The position numbers were made by a program, and so were the translations under genes. Below, one piece after another: positions 40,901 to 54,500 of a DNA stretch of 64,000 nt (position 1 is its first letter; each line of letters begins with the position of its first letter). The notes under the pieces are model-generated. The model did not search any database, was not told where the DNA came from, and was given only the letters and a program-made list of their open reading frames with translations. The stretch lies in contig NMRA01000926.1 in the NCBI GenBank assembly GCA_002633005.1, forward strand, positions 33,010 to 97,009, in the 5' to 3' direction. This DNA is from Phoronis australis. Taxonomy: Eukaryota; Animalia; Phoronida.

Positions 40901-43900
40901 TCTAACATTTTGAACCTTAATTGACCTTTGTACTAATTGGCCCTATCCGGTGCATTATAAGCGTTTTTAGGAGAACGATTGCAAAGCCCGTGAAAAGTGT
41001 GTTTAATACTGAGAATCACAGTTGTCTAACGGTTGACACATCAGAATTTTTGGTGACTGAAAAGGACAAATTTTCAGACGAAAAATGCAACTAATGACCC
41101 CCAAGGTTGCACTAAATGAACTGAAACTTTGTCTTTCGAATTGAATTAGATGTACCATTCAGACATGCGAAGTTGAAGTGTCTAGCTTAAAATTTTAATT
41201 TGCATCTGATGACCTTTGACCTGTCTTATCTAATTGGGTAATTCGATTACTTAGAAAAATATTTTTTTAAAATTGTCTTGTCTTATCTCTGTGTAGTACG
41301 GAATTTGAAAAAGGTAGCTTTAAAACTGAAGCCGGAGTAGCATTTAAAAAAAGTATATGAGATGCACCAAAGGACCTCTTCCGGTGCAATTTGGAATCTG
41401 ATTATATACATGTAACATTTCAAGTTTTATGAACTGTTAAAATCATATGCTGAATTTAAAGAACGTACCGGCACCCAATTTGGAGTTATTAAGTGTCAAA
41501 GTTGGTCGGAAGCAGAATAAGAATCAGAAAACAAATAATAAGAACTAGAAATATTATTGTCACACCGTAACAATAATGTACTCTGCGCGTGCGTATTACT
41601 GGAATTGTTATGGGAAATTACTGACAGCAACCAGTTTACAAATACGTAAAGGAATTCTTTAAAATTGTTGGAGAAACTTCATGTTAGTATTTTGATGACG
41701 TTTCCACTAAATGACCTCTTCCGGTGCATTATGAGACCCGATGAAGGAAGAATTGTAAATATGATTAAAAGTTTGGTTAATGCTAAGAATCACAGATTTT
41801 TACTTTAAGCACTTCAGAATACAAGATGAATGAATTGGTCGAACTTTCAGAAGAAAAATTCACCTAATGACCCCATGGGTGCAACAAATGACCTGAAAAT
41901 TTAGAATTCAATCTCAATCACGTTTAGTAAACATGTACATAATTTTGAAGTCTCTAGCTCAAAATTTTAGTTTGCACCCAATGACCTTCGACCTATTTTT
42001 TTCTGATTGGTTAGGCCTATTGCGTAGTAAAGTAGGGTGTTCAAGTGGCATGTTGACTTACACCAGTGTGCTGAAATTGAAAAGAATTTCTAAAAATTGT
42101 AGATGTAACACTTTGAACGTTAGATGACCTTTGTACTAATTGACCCTATCCGTGCATTATAAGCGTCTTCAGTAGAGCTATTGGAAAGCCCGTGAAAAGT
42201 GTGCTTAATGCTGAGAATCACAGTTGTCTAACGCTTGACACATCAGAATACTTGTTGAATGAAAAGGACAAGTTTTCCGAAGATAAATGCACCTAATGAC
42301 CCCATGGTTCCACTAAATGTCCTGAAACTTTGTATTTCGAATTGAATTAGTCATCGTTTAGTACAGACAATTTACACTTATTAGCAACATTTCTTTTCAC
42401 TTACATCTCTTTATTTGCTTGCATAACTTTTGAAAAATATATGGACAGTTCACAAGAGACAACTGGAATCTTAAAACTAATTCTAAGGCCTGTGGACACA
42501 TTTAAAAAGTCAGGTACTTGTTTTCAATTTTTCGAATGTCACAAGTTGAACAAAGTTTAACTTCTCTCAGCATACAAAATGTTGTCCCAGCTCTATCATT
42601 CTATCATCAGCGAATGACTTGTGCATCAAATATGCACCAGTGGAGACCTCATACACGGTTTCTCTCATGCCTAATATTTTCCCTTTTAAGATGTAATTTG
42701 AAAAATTGCTATGTATCTAATTTACAGCTTCTTGCCACATTTGATTTTCTATATCTATACAACGCTGTCGAAATTCTTTTAAAAATCGAAGCTCATTACC
42801 CACGCCTTTTGAATACCACACGATTCCATATCCTTTGGGGTATAATATTTTTTTCATTTCCAGAGACCAACAGTCTCAGTTTTCTCCGCCATTTAAATAG
42901 TAATAATAGTAGCAGTTACTATGTGTTTTTATTGTTCCAATTACTATTAGTAATATCAGAATTACTATGTGTTATTGTTATTGGTATTGTTATTATTGGT
43001 ATTTTTATTATCTTTGTCATCACCATTTTTAAATTATGTGTGTGAATGTCTGTAAGAGTGAGTGAAATTTCTCAATTTTTGTTTACTTAAGACAGACTAC
43101 AAGAACTGGCAAGGGAACCCCACACCACCTTCACTAATTCTGGTGATAACATTAACGAGTGTGAAAAAACTAACATTGCAAGTGACAAATGAACTACTAG
43201 CCTGTTGTGAAACTGATTGATGCTGATGAATCTAGACTTTCATATGGATCAGATATGCAGTTCAACAGTCATATCTAATGGTGGTTGACCATCCCCATTT
43301 CACTTCAAAACCAGTACTATCCCCATAGTGGTATCCAGTTATGTAATCGAATTAGCTAGCTCAAGTCAAGCCTGATAACACTGAGTTAATACCCTGCATT
43401 GTTGGCTTTGCCAGGTCTACTAAAGAACTGCTTGAGAATAGACAGTAACTCACCAAGAGGGATAGTAAATTTAAGCAACTAATCATATATTCCTAACAAT
43501 GTTTATGCACACTGCTAGGTCATTGTTCACTTTTTCTTAGAACTTAACCATTTAATTCTAATGCAATCACCTTAGAAATAAAGTATTTTAAGTGCACAAC
43601 AACTTATTAAACTTTAAGTTCATTCTATGCTGGATTTTTCATGGACATTTTTCATACCAGTATAAGCAACTGTAGTACCCAAAACAGTGAACAAGTTTGT
43701 CACAAAAGCACTGTATTCTCTAGATTCAATTCATGTGTTATATATGAGGACTCTTTTGGCCTGAAATTTGTTGTTCTGTCTTTGATAAATTTGTATTTTT
43801 TTCTTTTCTTTGTTTTCACTTTTACTTTTTACCATCTTTAAACCTCTGCTTTACACCATTGCTTTTCACCAGGTTCCTAATTTCTGGGTGTACAATCTCA

Positions 43901-44880
43901 AAATCTCTGAATCAAAGTTTAACTGTTATAAACTAGTTGACACACTGACTGGTTGACCTCCAAGCTGTATTGACCATTTATTGCTCTGTTTTTATCACAT
44001 TACCATGCAGAGGACAACAGGAGATTGGCAAATTAACTTCAGTGGCTAAGAAAGATTTCCCACACCTTGGCTAGAGTGATAGGGTCAGTATACAGTGAAG
44101 TAAAGATTCCTCAATTTATAACGCAATATGTTGGAACAGTAAAATTTTATTTTGTCAAATTTTTCAACAAAAGTAAAAAGGATTAAAACATTTACTTCGC
44201 TACTTGTTCAACTGGAAAAATGACAACTTTGGCAATTGTTTTTGTTCTAAATTGTGGAATCTGCTGATATAACAAGAACCCAAAACTATGGCAGCCGCAT
44301 TTTTGCACATCCAAACTTATTTAAACAAGAACAGTATTTTACCATCCTTTAGGCTGTTGAATCACGTGGTCATTCAAATTGTACTTTGCTATTTTTACTT
44401 TCTACTCATTCGTAAATAAATTCTTTAAGAAACAAAAGTGTAGACACTATACATTTGTGCATCTTAATTCGTTGTACACCAGAAAATTTTAATTCATTTA
44501 GAATGAAATTTGTTTCGTTAGTTTATTCCCTTTAAGTTAAACGTTTTTCACATTCCCATCAATAAGGCAAAATCATCATGTGGTGAATCAAAGCTGTAGT
44601 TGTGAAATTTAGCATATTTTTGAGAAAGTGAATTTTCTGTTTGAGCTAAGATACATAGCTTGAAAACTAATTCGGGAACCCTACTTTTTTGCTCATGTCA
44701 TTGCACATTCACAGGACATTAAAAAAAAATATTTTTTTTTATTAAATTTTTGCATAGAAGCCAAAATGCTTAATTCTGAGGTACCCAAAAATCATGGAAA
44801 AATGTGCTCTAACACTGATGTAAGAAAACCATTTAACCAGGAAATATTATTGAAGCAGCTGCAATATAAAATTGATATCC

Positions 44881-47520
44881 TGCGGAACGTTTCCGCAAGT
44901 GCTCCGTTTATTAGTTAATTATTGTTACGGTTATACATTTATGTTTCATGCTTGTTGCACATTAACATTTGAATATTCCGTATCTTGTATTAACATTCTA
45001 CCAAAAGCGATAAAATGGCATAGACAAGATATCAATTTTTCCCTGAGTCTGCTAGAAGTAGGTTTCTGCATCAAAAACCATTCTGCAAGTTCCTCACTGA
45101 TTAATTATTGCTCGTGATGACACATTGATATTTTTACGTGTTATTGAGAATAGAATATATTTCAACCTTATAGGTAAGAATATTAAAAAATTGTGAGCTC
45201 CACAAAACTATAGTTTGCGGTAGATATTCTGATACCTTTATGTTTAATGCTTGTTGTAAGTCAAGATTGAATATTTCATGGCTTGTGTTAAGGTTCCAAA
45301 AGCCGTAAAATGGCATAGACAAGATGTCAATTTTTCTCGAGTCTGCTTGAGGTAGGTTTCTGCATCACAAACCATTCAGCAAGTTCCCCACTGATTAATC
45401 ATTGTTCATGTTGACACATTGATATTTCCATATGCTATTAAGAATAGAGTATATTTCAACTGAAATGTGCAAGAATTTTTTTTCAAACTTGTGAGGATCA
45501 CAAAAGTATTGTTTGCGGAATGGTTCCGCATGCGGAACGGTTCCGCAACTGTCACTTTTATTAATTAATTATTGTTAGGGTAGAAATTTTGTCACTTTTA
45601 TGTTTAAAGCTCTTTGTACGTTAAGATTCCAATATTTCGTGGCTTGTGTTAACGTTCTACCAAAAGCGGTAAAATGTCATAGACTATATGTCGATTTTTC
45701 CCCGAGTGTGCTTGAGGTAGGTTTCTGCATCACAAACCATTCAGAAAGTTCCCCACTGATTAATCATTGCTCATGTTGACACATTGATATTTCCATGTGC
45801 TATTGGGAATAGAGTATATTTCAACGGAAATGGGCAAGAAATTTTTTTTCAAACTTGTGAGGATCACAAAAGTATTGTTTGCGGAATGGTTCCGCATGCG
45901 GAACGGTTCCGCAACTGTCACTTTTATTAATTAATTATTGTAAGGGTAGAAATTTTGATACCTTTATGTTTTAATGCTTGTTGTAAGTCAAGATTGAATA
46001 TTTCATGGCTTGTGTTAAGGTTCCAAAAGCGGTAAAATGGCATAGACAAGATGTCAATTTTTCTCGAGTCTGCTTGAGGTAGGTTTCTGCATCACAAACC
46101 ATTCAGAAAGTTCCCCACTGATTAATCATTGCTCATGTTGACACATTGATATTTCCATGTGCTATTGAGAATAGAGTATATTTCAACGGAAATGGGCAAG
46201 AAATTTTTTTCAAACTTGTGAGGATCACAAAAGTATTGTTTGCGGAATGGTTCCGCATGCGGAACGGTTCCGCAACTGTCACTTTTATTAATTAATTATT
46301 GTAAGGGTAGAAACTTTGATACCTTTATGTTTAATGCTTGTTGTAAGTCAAGATTGAATATTTCATGGCTTGTGTTAAGGTTCCAAAAGCGGTAAAATGG
46401 CATAGACAAGATGTCAATTTTTCTCGAGTCTGCTTGAGGTAGGTTTCTGCATCACAAACCATTCAGCAAGTTCCCCACTGATTAATCATTGTTCATGTTG
46501 ACACGTTGATATTTCCATGTGCCATTGAGAATAGAGTATATTTCAACGGAAATGTGCAAGAATTTTTTTTTCAAACTTGTGAGGATCATAAAAGTATTGT
46601 TTGCGGAATGGTTCCGCATGCGGAACGGTTCTGCAACTGTCACTTTTATTAATTAATTATTGTTAGGGTAGAAATTTTGATACTTTTATGTTTAATGCTC
46701 TTTGTACGTTAAGATTCCTATATTTCGTTGCTTGTGTTCACGTTCTACCAAAAGCGGTAAAATGTCATAGACAATATGTCGATTTTTCCTCGAGTCTGCT
46801 TGAGGTATAGGTTTCTGCATCACAAACCATTCAGCAAGTTCCCCACTGATTAATCATTGCTCATGTTGACGCATTGATATTTCCATGTGCTATTGAGAAT
46901 AGAGTATATTTCAACGGAAATGTGCAAGAAAATGAGGATCCCAAAATATTGTTTTCGGGAACGGTTCCGCATGCGGAACGGTTCCGCAACTGTCAAATTG
47001 ATCAACTAATTACTGTTAGGATTGTCACATCGATACTTTCAAGTGGCATTGATAATGTAATGCATTTTAAGTTGAATGGGGAAATCAAATACCCAGCAAA
47101 ACCATTCTGTTTGGGTAATCGCTACCCATACAGAACGGTTCCGTATGCGGAATGGTTCCGCAACTGTCACATTGATCAAGTAATTATTATTAGGATTGTC
47201 ACATCGATACTTTCAAGTGGCATTGATAATTTTATGCATTTTAAGTTGAATGGGGAAATCAAATACCCAGCAAAACCATTCTGTTTGGGTAATCGCTACC
47301 CATACAGAACGGTTCCGTATGCGGAATGGTTCTGCAACTGTCACATTGATCAAGTAATTATTATTAGGATTGTCACATCGATACTTTCAAGTGGCATTGA
47401 TTATGGAATGCATTTTAACTTTATTGGTCATGAGAATTTAAAAAAAATGAGTTCCCCAAAAACTATTCTGTTTGCGGAACCGTTCCGCATGTGGAACCTT
47501 CTGCAACCGTCACATTGTTT
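44881..47520 (+). repeat. Satellite-like tandem array: ~360-bp units followed by ~174-bp units, each anchored by a palindrome
   Basis: TGCGGAATGGTTCCGCATGCGGAACGGTTCCGCA or close variants near 45513, 45880, 46242, 46602, 46956, 47133, 47307 and 47473. Confidence 0.9.
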
Positions 47521-47744
47521 AATATATTATTGAGAGTGGGCACATTATACTCTCAAGTACTATTGAGAATGGAATGTAATTCATGTTTATTGGGCCGGGA
47601 GAAAATTAAAAATTTTAGTGCCGTGCTATTTTTTTTCTGTTTGTGGAACCCTTCTGGAACTTTCACATTGATTTTTAAAAATAAATTGTTATTCCACAAA
47701 ATATACATAATATTTCTCAAGTCACAGTATTTCACAAAACTTGC

Positions 47745-47885
47745 GCAGTGCGTAATATTCCGCAAAATCTGCGGAAAATTCGGCACACTTGCGGAATATT
47801 CCGCAGATTTTGCGGAGTATTTTGCAGATTTTGCAAGTTTTGTGGATTACGCAGATTACGCACTCAGTGCGGAATATTCCGCAAG
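47745..47885 (+). repeat. Short repeat cluster of TGCGGAATATTCCGCA-type palindromes
   Basis: Multiple GCGGA(A/G)TATT(C/T) and GCAGATT units. Confidence 0.65.
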
Positions 47886-48529
47886 GCAAAAATTGAACTT
47901 CTAATTAAGAAAATGCTAATTGAGGAAATAAACATGTAACACTGTAAACATGTTTAGGGTAAAGTATAGATTTGCTACATACCATTTTATGGCCCTAAGT
48001 TAATATTAAAAAAGTGCAGAACCGTTCCGCACCCTTTGAGACTAAATAATATTGTCTCATTTGAGAAAATATCGCCTTAGGAACTAACTTTTAAAAATTG
48101 AAGTTTTCCAAGAGCAGTAAATTTCAAGAAGACTAGTATGCAAAATTAGAGAGCATATTTGAAGGTCAGACACGTGAAAACAACGTTCCGTCAATTTTGT
48201 TCTTTTTATCCTTCTAAAGTCAGACAGCCATCGTGTTTTCTGCTCAACGCCTTTCATTACAGTGGTGTCGCTGCCCCTGGCCTTCTGGAAACAGTATTTC
48301 ATGAACATTTTGTGTCATTTGGTGAGCTTTCTCTTTCGAATTTAGAGCTATTCGATCGAACGTTACATACCCCATGGTAAGTTTTCCTCAAACCCCTCTG
48401 GTGTTTTTGTCTGGTGGACATCTAGTTAACCCTACCTATGATTGCGTAACACTCTCCTGATGTTACTGGCATTTTAGTCAATAACACTTCTGTCACTTGG
48501 AGATTTGTTTGTGAATAGAAACGTCCTCA

Positions 48530-51500
48530 GTCACTATGGCGGATCTTGACCTAGAAAGAGACTCCAATCCATTGGAGATAGAATAATTCGGCCTTTAAAG
48601 AAGTCTTCGATGAAGAACTGGGAAAATTGAAGAACGACTTACAAGCAATAAGACAGGAAAATCAAGAGTTAAAGAATAAATTGAACACGTATGAACAGTA
48701 CTCTAGATGTAACTCGATTAGGATCCATGGCATTGGTGGACAGCCAAACGAAGACTGCGACCGTTTTGTTAAAAACTTCTTTCAGGATAATCTCAACTTG
48801 TCCATCCATCTGGACAAGATAGACCGCGCTCACCGAGGAGGAAAGCACCCCCAGATACGGCCTCAAGAAGACTAAGAAGTTTTAGTACTGCAAATCATGC
48901 CAACCCTAGATAAATCATTGTTAAATTTACCAGCTATCAGTGCAGACAAAGTGTTTTGACTTTGAAAAAAAAACTCGAGGGCACAAGATTCTTCATAAGC
49001 GAAGACCTAACTACACATAGAACTACATGTACCCACTTATACAGACGATGAATAAAAAAACCCAGGTGAAATTGCGTGGTCCAAAGACGGAAGAATCTAA
49101 GTTCTGACAACAGATAATACATTCAAGATTATTACAAGAGTAAGCGGTCTACATGTACCATAGTGATACAAATCGTTGTTCGTGACACGTGGACGATTTG
49201 GATCTCCATTTCAAGAAATAGCCAGTGATATCGCCTTGCGAGTACGATCATGTTTTCGTCCTTGTCCTTTTGACCCCTTTCGTATAATGTACACATTTTT
49301 AAATCTTGGATCTACATTTGAGCTTCTTATGTCAACCTTATTAAGCGTAACATTAGCATTACCAGCAATTCGTAAACTAGGTCATCCGCCAGGTTCTCTG
49401 CGTAAACTAGGTCATCGTTTATGGACCAGTTAGCGCTTCACTCTCCGCGTGTCTACTGGAGAGAAGCACCAGGAAGGTTGTTCTACATTTTGTAGCCCAA
49501 AATTACCAAAGTTCAAATATATTCCGTTAAAAAGGAAAGACAAAACATATTGTTACAGATATGCCTGGCCAATATCATGAGTCAACACTCGTAAGCAAAT
49601 CAAAGCTGTCCTTACTCGTTACCTTATCAGTCGCACTACCTGTCAATCGACTAGTTTTCAGTTAGCAATGCAACAATACAACTCTCATAAATTCAACTTG
49701 TAATGACCCCTTTCAATTTTAAACCATGCCCGAAGTACTCGGAAACAAATTATTGTTAGGTACAAAGAGGTATTTTTTCTTTGAAGTGGATCGTAAACAC
49801 CTCGGGTGACTAGAGTTTTCCGCACATAGCTACTTTGGTTTAGAGCTGATTGAGCTTCCGTACTATGTGCCGGCCGGTCAAGGGCCAATCCCTGTTGTAC
49901 GCACTACTTAGAGCATTTGAATCAAACTGTTATATATATAGAGAAAACGTTTATTAGTGTACTGGTGTGAATATTATCAGTGATTTAACCAAAAACTTCG
50001 AATTAACTAGACGCACTAATGATAGTCTATGATGATGAACTGATATCAAAAGACCAAAATTGGCAATTTTCGGCCAGCACATGTTTAATACAAAATTTTG
50101 TCTAATTTTTTTCAAACTCCTAAATTTCAATATTCATTATACTGTCATCTGTTGGGTCTATCGGCAACTAACCGCACATGAAAGGCTTGGTCGAAAATTA
50201 TCGTTTTCTCACATGCACTTTCGGGTTTTTAGCGGCGATTCCACTTATCGAAGCGACAAAATAAGCCAAAATTTGGCCATACCATGTTAAACATAAAATT
50301 TTTTCATATTTTGCTGAAATTTGGCCACATTTTTAACAAAATACTTATCTATGTTATGTGCTATCGGCAAATGTGATTGAGTCATAAATAAAACCCTCAC
50401 GCTGTGTTTTCTGCGAATCCCATGTACCCTGAAGGGGGCTAATTGAGTGATTTTCGCGCATGCGCAGTTCACGGTTTCAATATTGCTGGTAATGTGAAAT
50501 CCTTGTAAAATCCCCAAATGATTAACAATAAGTGCGTGTCTATATTTGTCCGAATCATTTGTCAATGAAATCCAGTAATTAATATATTATATGATTACCC
50601 CTAATTAGACAAATGAAACCTATTGTTAATTAAGTAATCAATTACAAAGAGTAACCACGCTAGCGCCCTCTTTAAAAATTACTTTAATCAAACAACCAAA
50701 ACAATCAACTGCCTTATTTGCTATCCAATCTAGGACTCTCCACTTGTTGGAGGTCTGTCCTGTTGGTGAATCTTCGAACTACACACACACTGTACAGCGA
50801 CAGTGTACTTGCTGGTCACCGTCTCTGGTGATGCAACACTTGCAGGCAATTTCTTCTACCCGCGACTCTTCTTGCTGGTCACTGTCTCTGGCTGATGAAG
50901 CAACAATTCAGGTAGTATCTTACTACCCACGATGCAAGTGGCTAGCTCTTAGTTAACTTCCTGTTCGTTAACCCTTTCCCTTTCCAATATCCTTTCTAGA
51001 ATTTTCCACGAGATGGCTCTGTCGTACAATTTTCTCTGTACACTGTAGCAAGTCTTTATGCTTCAACTAATATAGCGCATCCAATTATCTTTCTGATTTC
51101 AGCCCATAAAATAACATCCTACTTATTTAGTGATTGGCTAATAAATACCACATGATCATATCCACTCGTATTATTGACTGTTACAATTTGTTCTCAGAAT
51201 ATTCTAGAATCTCTAGAGTACTTTGACCCCAGAACCTAAAGTTGTAAACACCATCTAAAAATAGATTTTGACGTTAAAATACATGTCAACATGTCTGACC
51301 CCATGATTTAAAAGTACATATGCACAAATTTTGGACATCTTAAAATGGATCTATTCTTACTAATTAGTTAATCAATATTTATTCTGAAATCACTAATTCA
51401 GAAATGAAACGAGCTCAACTCTTTAAATGATTGAAACAAAAGAATTATGTTAAGGTTTACTTACAAGAAACATACAGCGTTCCTGTATCCATTGGTAAAT

Positions 51501-54500
51501 GGGAACGTGAGTGAGGTGGTCCGGTATTTTCGAGTCACGGCACTAACCATAGCAAAAGCACTGCCATTTTAATTTATCCAAGTTTGGATTTTGAATGTTC
51601 TTAAGTCCAGAACGATACTTACGGTAGATACAATGTTCTCAATTGCAACATTGCAGAAAAATGATTTCAGTTTACTCAATCTGTACTTTCCAAACAAAAC
51701 CAGGAAACAACTCGAATTTCTGAATTTCATTAATTGAGAACTCCATAAGTTTGTAAGCAACCAAAGTATTCTTTGTGCTGGTGATTTTAACTGCGCTCCC
51801 ACAGATTTAGATAAAAAAGGAAAACTAGTTAATTCCGTTTATACAGAACGTCAAATTTTTAAAATCTAATTTCAAGTTGTATGACATATGGCGTGAAAAT
51901 AACCGAGGTGTGAGGAAGTACACTTGGATGGATAAGACTATGTCATTCCAAAATAGAACTGACATCTGACTAATTTCCAGAGAAGTAGCAGTCAAAGGTG
52001 TTGCCATTATTTATGAATTTGTGTTTTCAGACCACTCTGCCATTACTTTATATTTTGAAACATCCGAAAAGGTCAACAGAGGTCCTGGTCTTTGGAAACT
52101 TTATCACCAGTTACTTAAACGATACCAATTATATAAACAAAAGAACTAAATATGTCGAATTTTATAATACTTATACCGTCGACATAATGAAGACATAAAT
52201 TTAGTGTGCGAATTAATTAAAATGGAAATAAGGAAAACTTCAATCTCATTTGCAAAAGAGGTTGCAAAGAAATTTTTTTAATAAAAAAATTAACGCTTTG
52301 ATATCCAAGGTGGAAAGTGACCATTCAGACGAATTAAAATTTACCAAAAGTCAAAATTGATTTGCAAATTATCCAGACCCAAAAAATTAAGGGCTCGATT
52401 CTGCATAGTAAAGCGCAATGGGCAGAAGAAGGTGAGATTGGAAAATATTTTAAAAACTTAGAGTTGCGACACAGCTAGCAAAAACATAGTAACGCCCTTA
52501 AAGACGGTGCTAAAATTATACATCATGAAGCAAGCATACGGAATATGCAAATGGAATATTAGAAAAAAACTTTACTCCTATATTGAATAATGCAATGGAG
52601 AAAGAACGTATCCAATCGACCTTTTAAATTTACAATACATAAAAAGCTATCTCTCGCAAATTCTTACGATCTAGAAAAAAGATCTAACAGAAGAATAATT
52701 GTACGAATCTCTGTTAGAGACAAAACCTAACAAGACGACTGGTAATGATGACATCAGCTATGAATTTTATAAAACCTTTGGAAGGTAGTTAATGACGATC
52801 TGCTGGCGAGCGTCACATACACCTTTGAAAACGGTCGCATGTCCAATTCTCAAATGCAAGGCCTAATCACGTTAATCCCAAAAAAGTAAACAGTCCGAGG
52901 AATTACTATCTATTGAACTGTCACTATAAATTAATAACTAAAACAATAGCAAACAAAATATACAAATATATTAACTATTTAATTCATTCAGATCAAACAT
53001 CCCTGCCAAATGTTATATAGGCCATATATGCGTGTATTTGACGATATGATTGAACTTTATAAAGGAAAGCACACCCCCGGTCAGATTGTATTCCTCGATT
53101 TCAAGAAAGCGTAAGATACTGTTAAGTGGGAGTTTTTATTCCAGCCATTAAAAGCTTTTAATTTTGGTGACGTTTTTATCAATAGAATCCGTACATTGTA
53201 TTCTGGAATTTCGTCATGGGTGTTGAAAAACGGATTTACACCACAGTATTTTAACATAGAGAAAAGCCTCCGACAAGGAGAGCCACTAACAAGCCGCTGT
53301 TCGTCGTGTGATCAGAAAAGTTGCACAGTATGCAGACGATACTGTTCTTTTTATTAAAGACGTAGAATCTGGTAATAACTGTTTTAGATTTTTAGATTAT
53401 TTGGACTCCACTTGAATTATGAAAAATGACAAGGGTTATTTGCCTCAACAATGCACCGAAATCGTAATGCTCTTTACAGAATCAGTTGTTTTGGTTTATC
53501 GAAGCTAATTTATGTAGTCTCAACTGTGGTCATCACCAAAAAATAATTCGCGAAGTTAATAAACTTATTAGAGAATTTATTTGGCTAAATAACCCCCCAA
53601 AAAATTAAAGAAACTGTGACTATTTCGCCATATCACGAGTGTGGTTTGAATTATCGTAACATTGAACTGATCAAGTTAAACTTATTGTTCAATTGGGTCA
53701 AGCGTTTTATCACAGATGATGGGGCAAGTTGGAAGGTATGCGCGAAGCATCTTATCAGTCGTGTTGGCGGTGTCCTCATTTTTTCATCGAATTTCCAACT
53801 GAAAACCCTAAAATGCGAAATTATAAGGCCATTTTACAAAGATGTTCTCACAACCTTGGATATTCTTAATCCTGAAATACCTAATGAAGTACCACTAGCC
53901 AAACAATGATATGGAACAATTGTAACTTAACTGTTAACGGTAAATCATTATTTTACCAATATTTGTGCAATGCAGACTTCATCTTTTGTGACGATTTTTC
54001 AGATAGTCAGAACAAACTTCTTAAATGGGAAAGCATTACAAAAAATATAAATTGAAGGATACGTCTATCATACCATTTTCTTCCACTGCAACGACCTTGT
54101 AGAAAGTTATGAGTGTGCAGGATAGAAGGATTGTTAGTTGAAATAACATTAGATTTTTATAGTTCAATAGTTCCAATTTATGGATTGAAAACATATTTAT
54201 TCATAAGATTTCTGTAAAACCAGATAATTATGCGTGTTTACTCAACTACAATGTATTACAAATACGACGAAATCAAAGGCATATATAATCTCCCTTTCAA
54301 TCTACCCATAAACCCTCATTTGACAATGTTTAAATACTTTTTCATCCACAAAACAATTTATACGAACAAAATGTTAAAAATATATGGTATTTCACAAACA
54401 GACCAATGTCCCTACTGTGGTAAAGTCCAAACTTTTCAGCATATGTTTTACAGCTACTTCTGTGTAAAACGTTTCTGGAATTCTTTACATCATTTTGTAT

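Larger units (their letters stand above)
26058..42350 (+). mobile_element. Array of about 11 co-oriented non-autonomous Helentron/HINE-like elements of two families (A and B)
   Basis: A units begin ACTAGAAAGATTATTGTCACGGCGTGACAATAATGG (27590, 31748, 32676, 32809, 40346, 41544; truncated at 26058). B units begin ACTAGAACGCAATTGCGTATGCGCAC (about 29213, 30650, 38127, 39229). Both have ~430-bp internal subrepeats, an AAGAAT microsatellite and the 3' hairpin ACTCTGCGC-TTGCAC-GCGCAGAGT. Confidence 0.75.

Noticed and set aside
42350-43050. 175-aa hydrophobic ORF or LINE 3' fragment
   Set aside because: The hydrophobic tail comes from a (GTTATT)-like low-complexity tract; motifs are too weak to assign.
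44881-47520. CRISPR-like palindromic repeats
   Set aside because: Spacers are homologous to each other and far too long, there are no cas genes, and the context is eukaryotic.
46874-47533. 219-aa repetitive ORF
   Set aside because: Arises from the 174-bp (58-codon) tandem unit; no domain or splice evidence.
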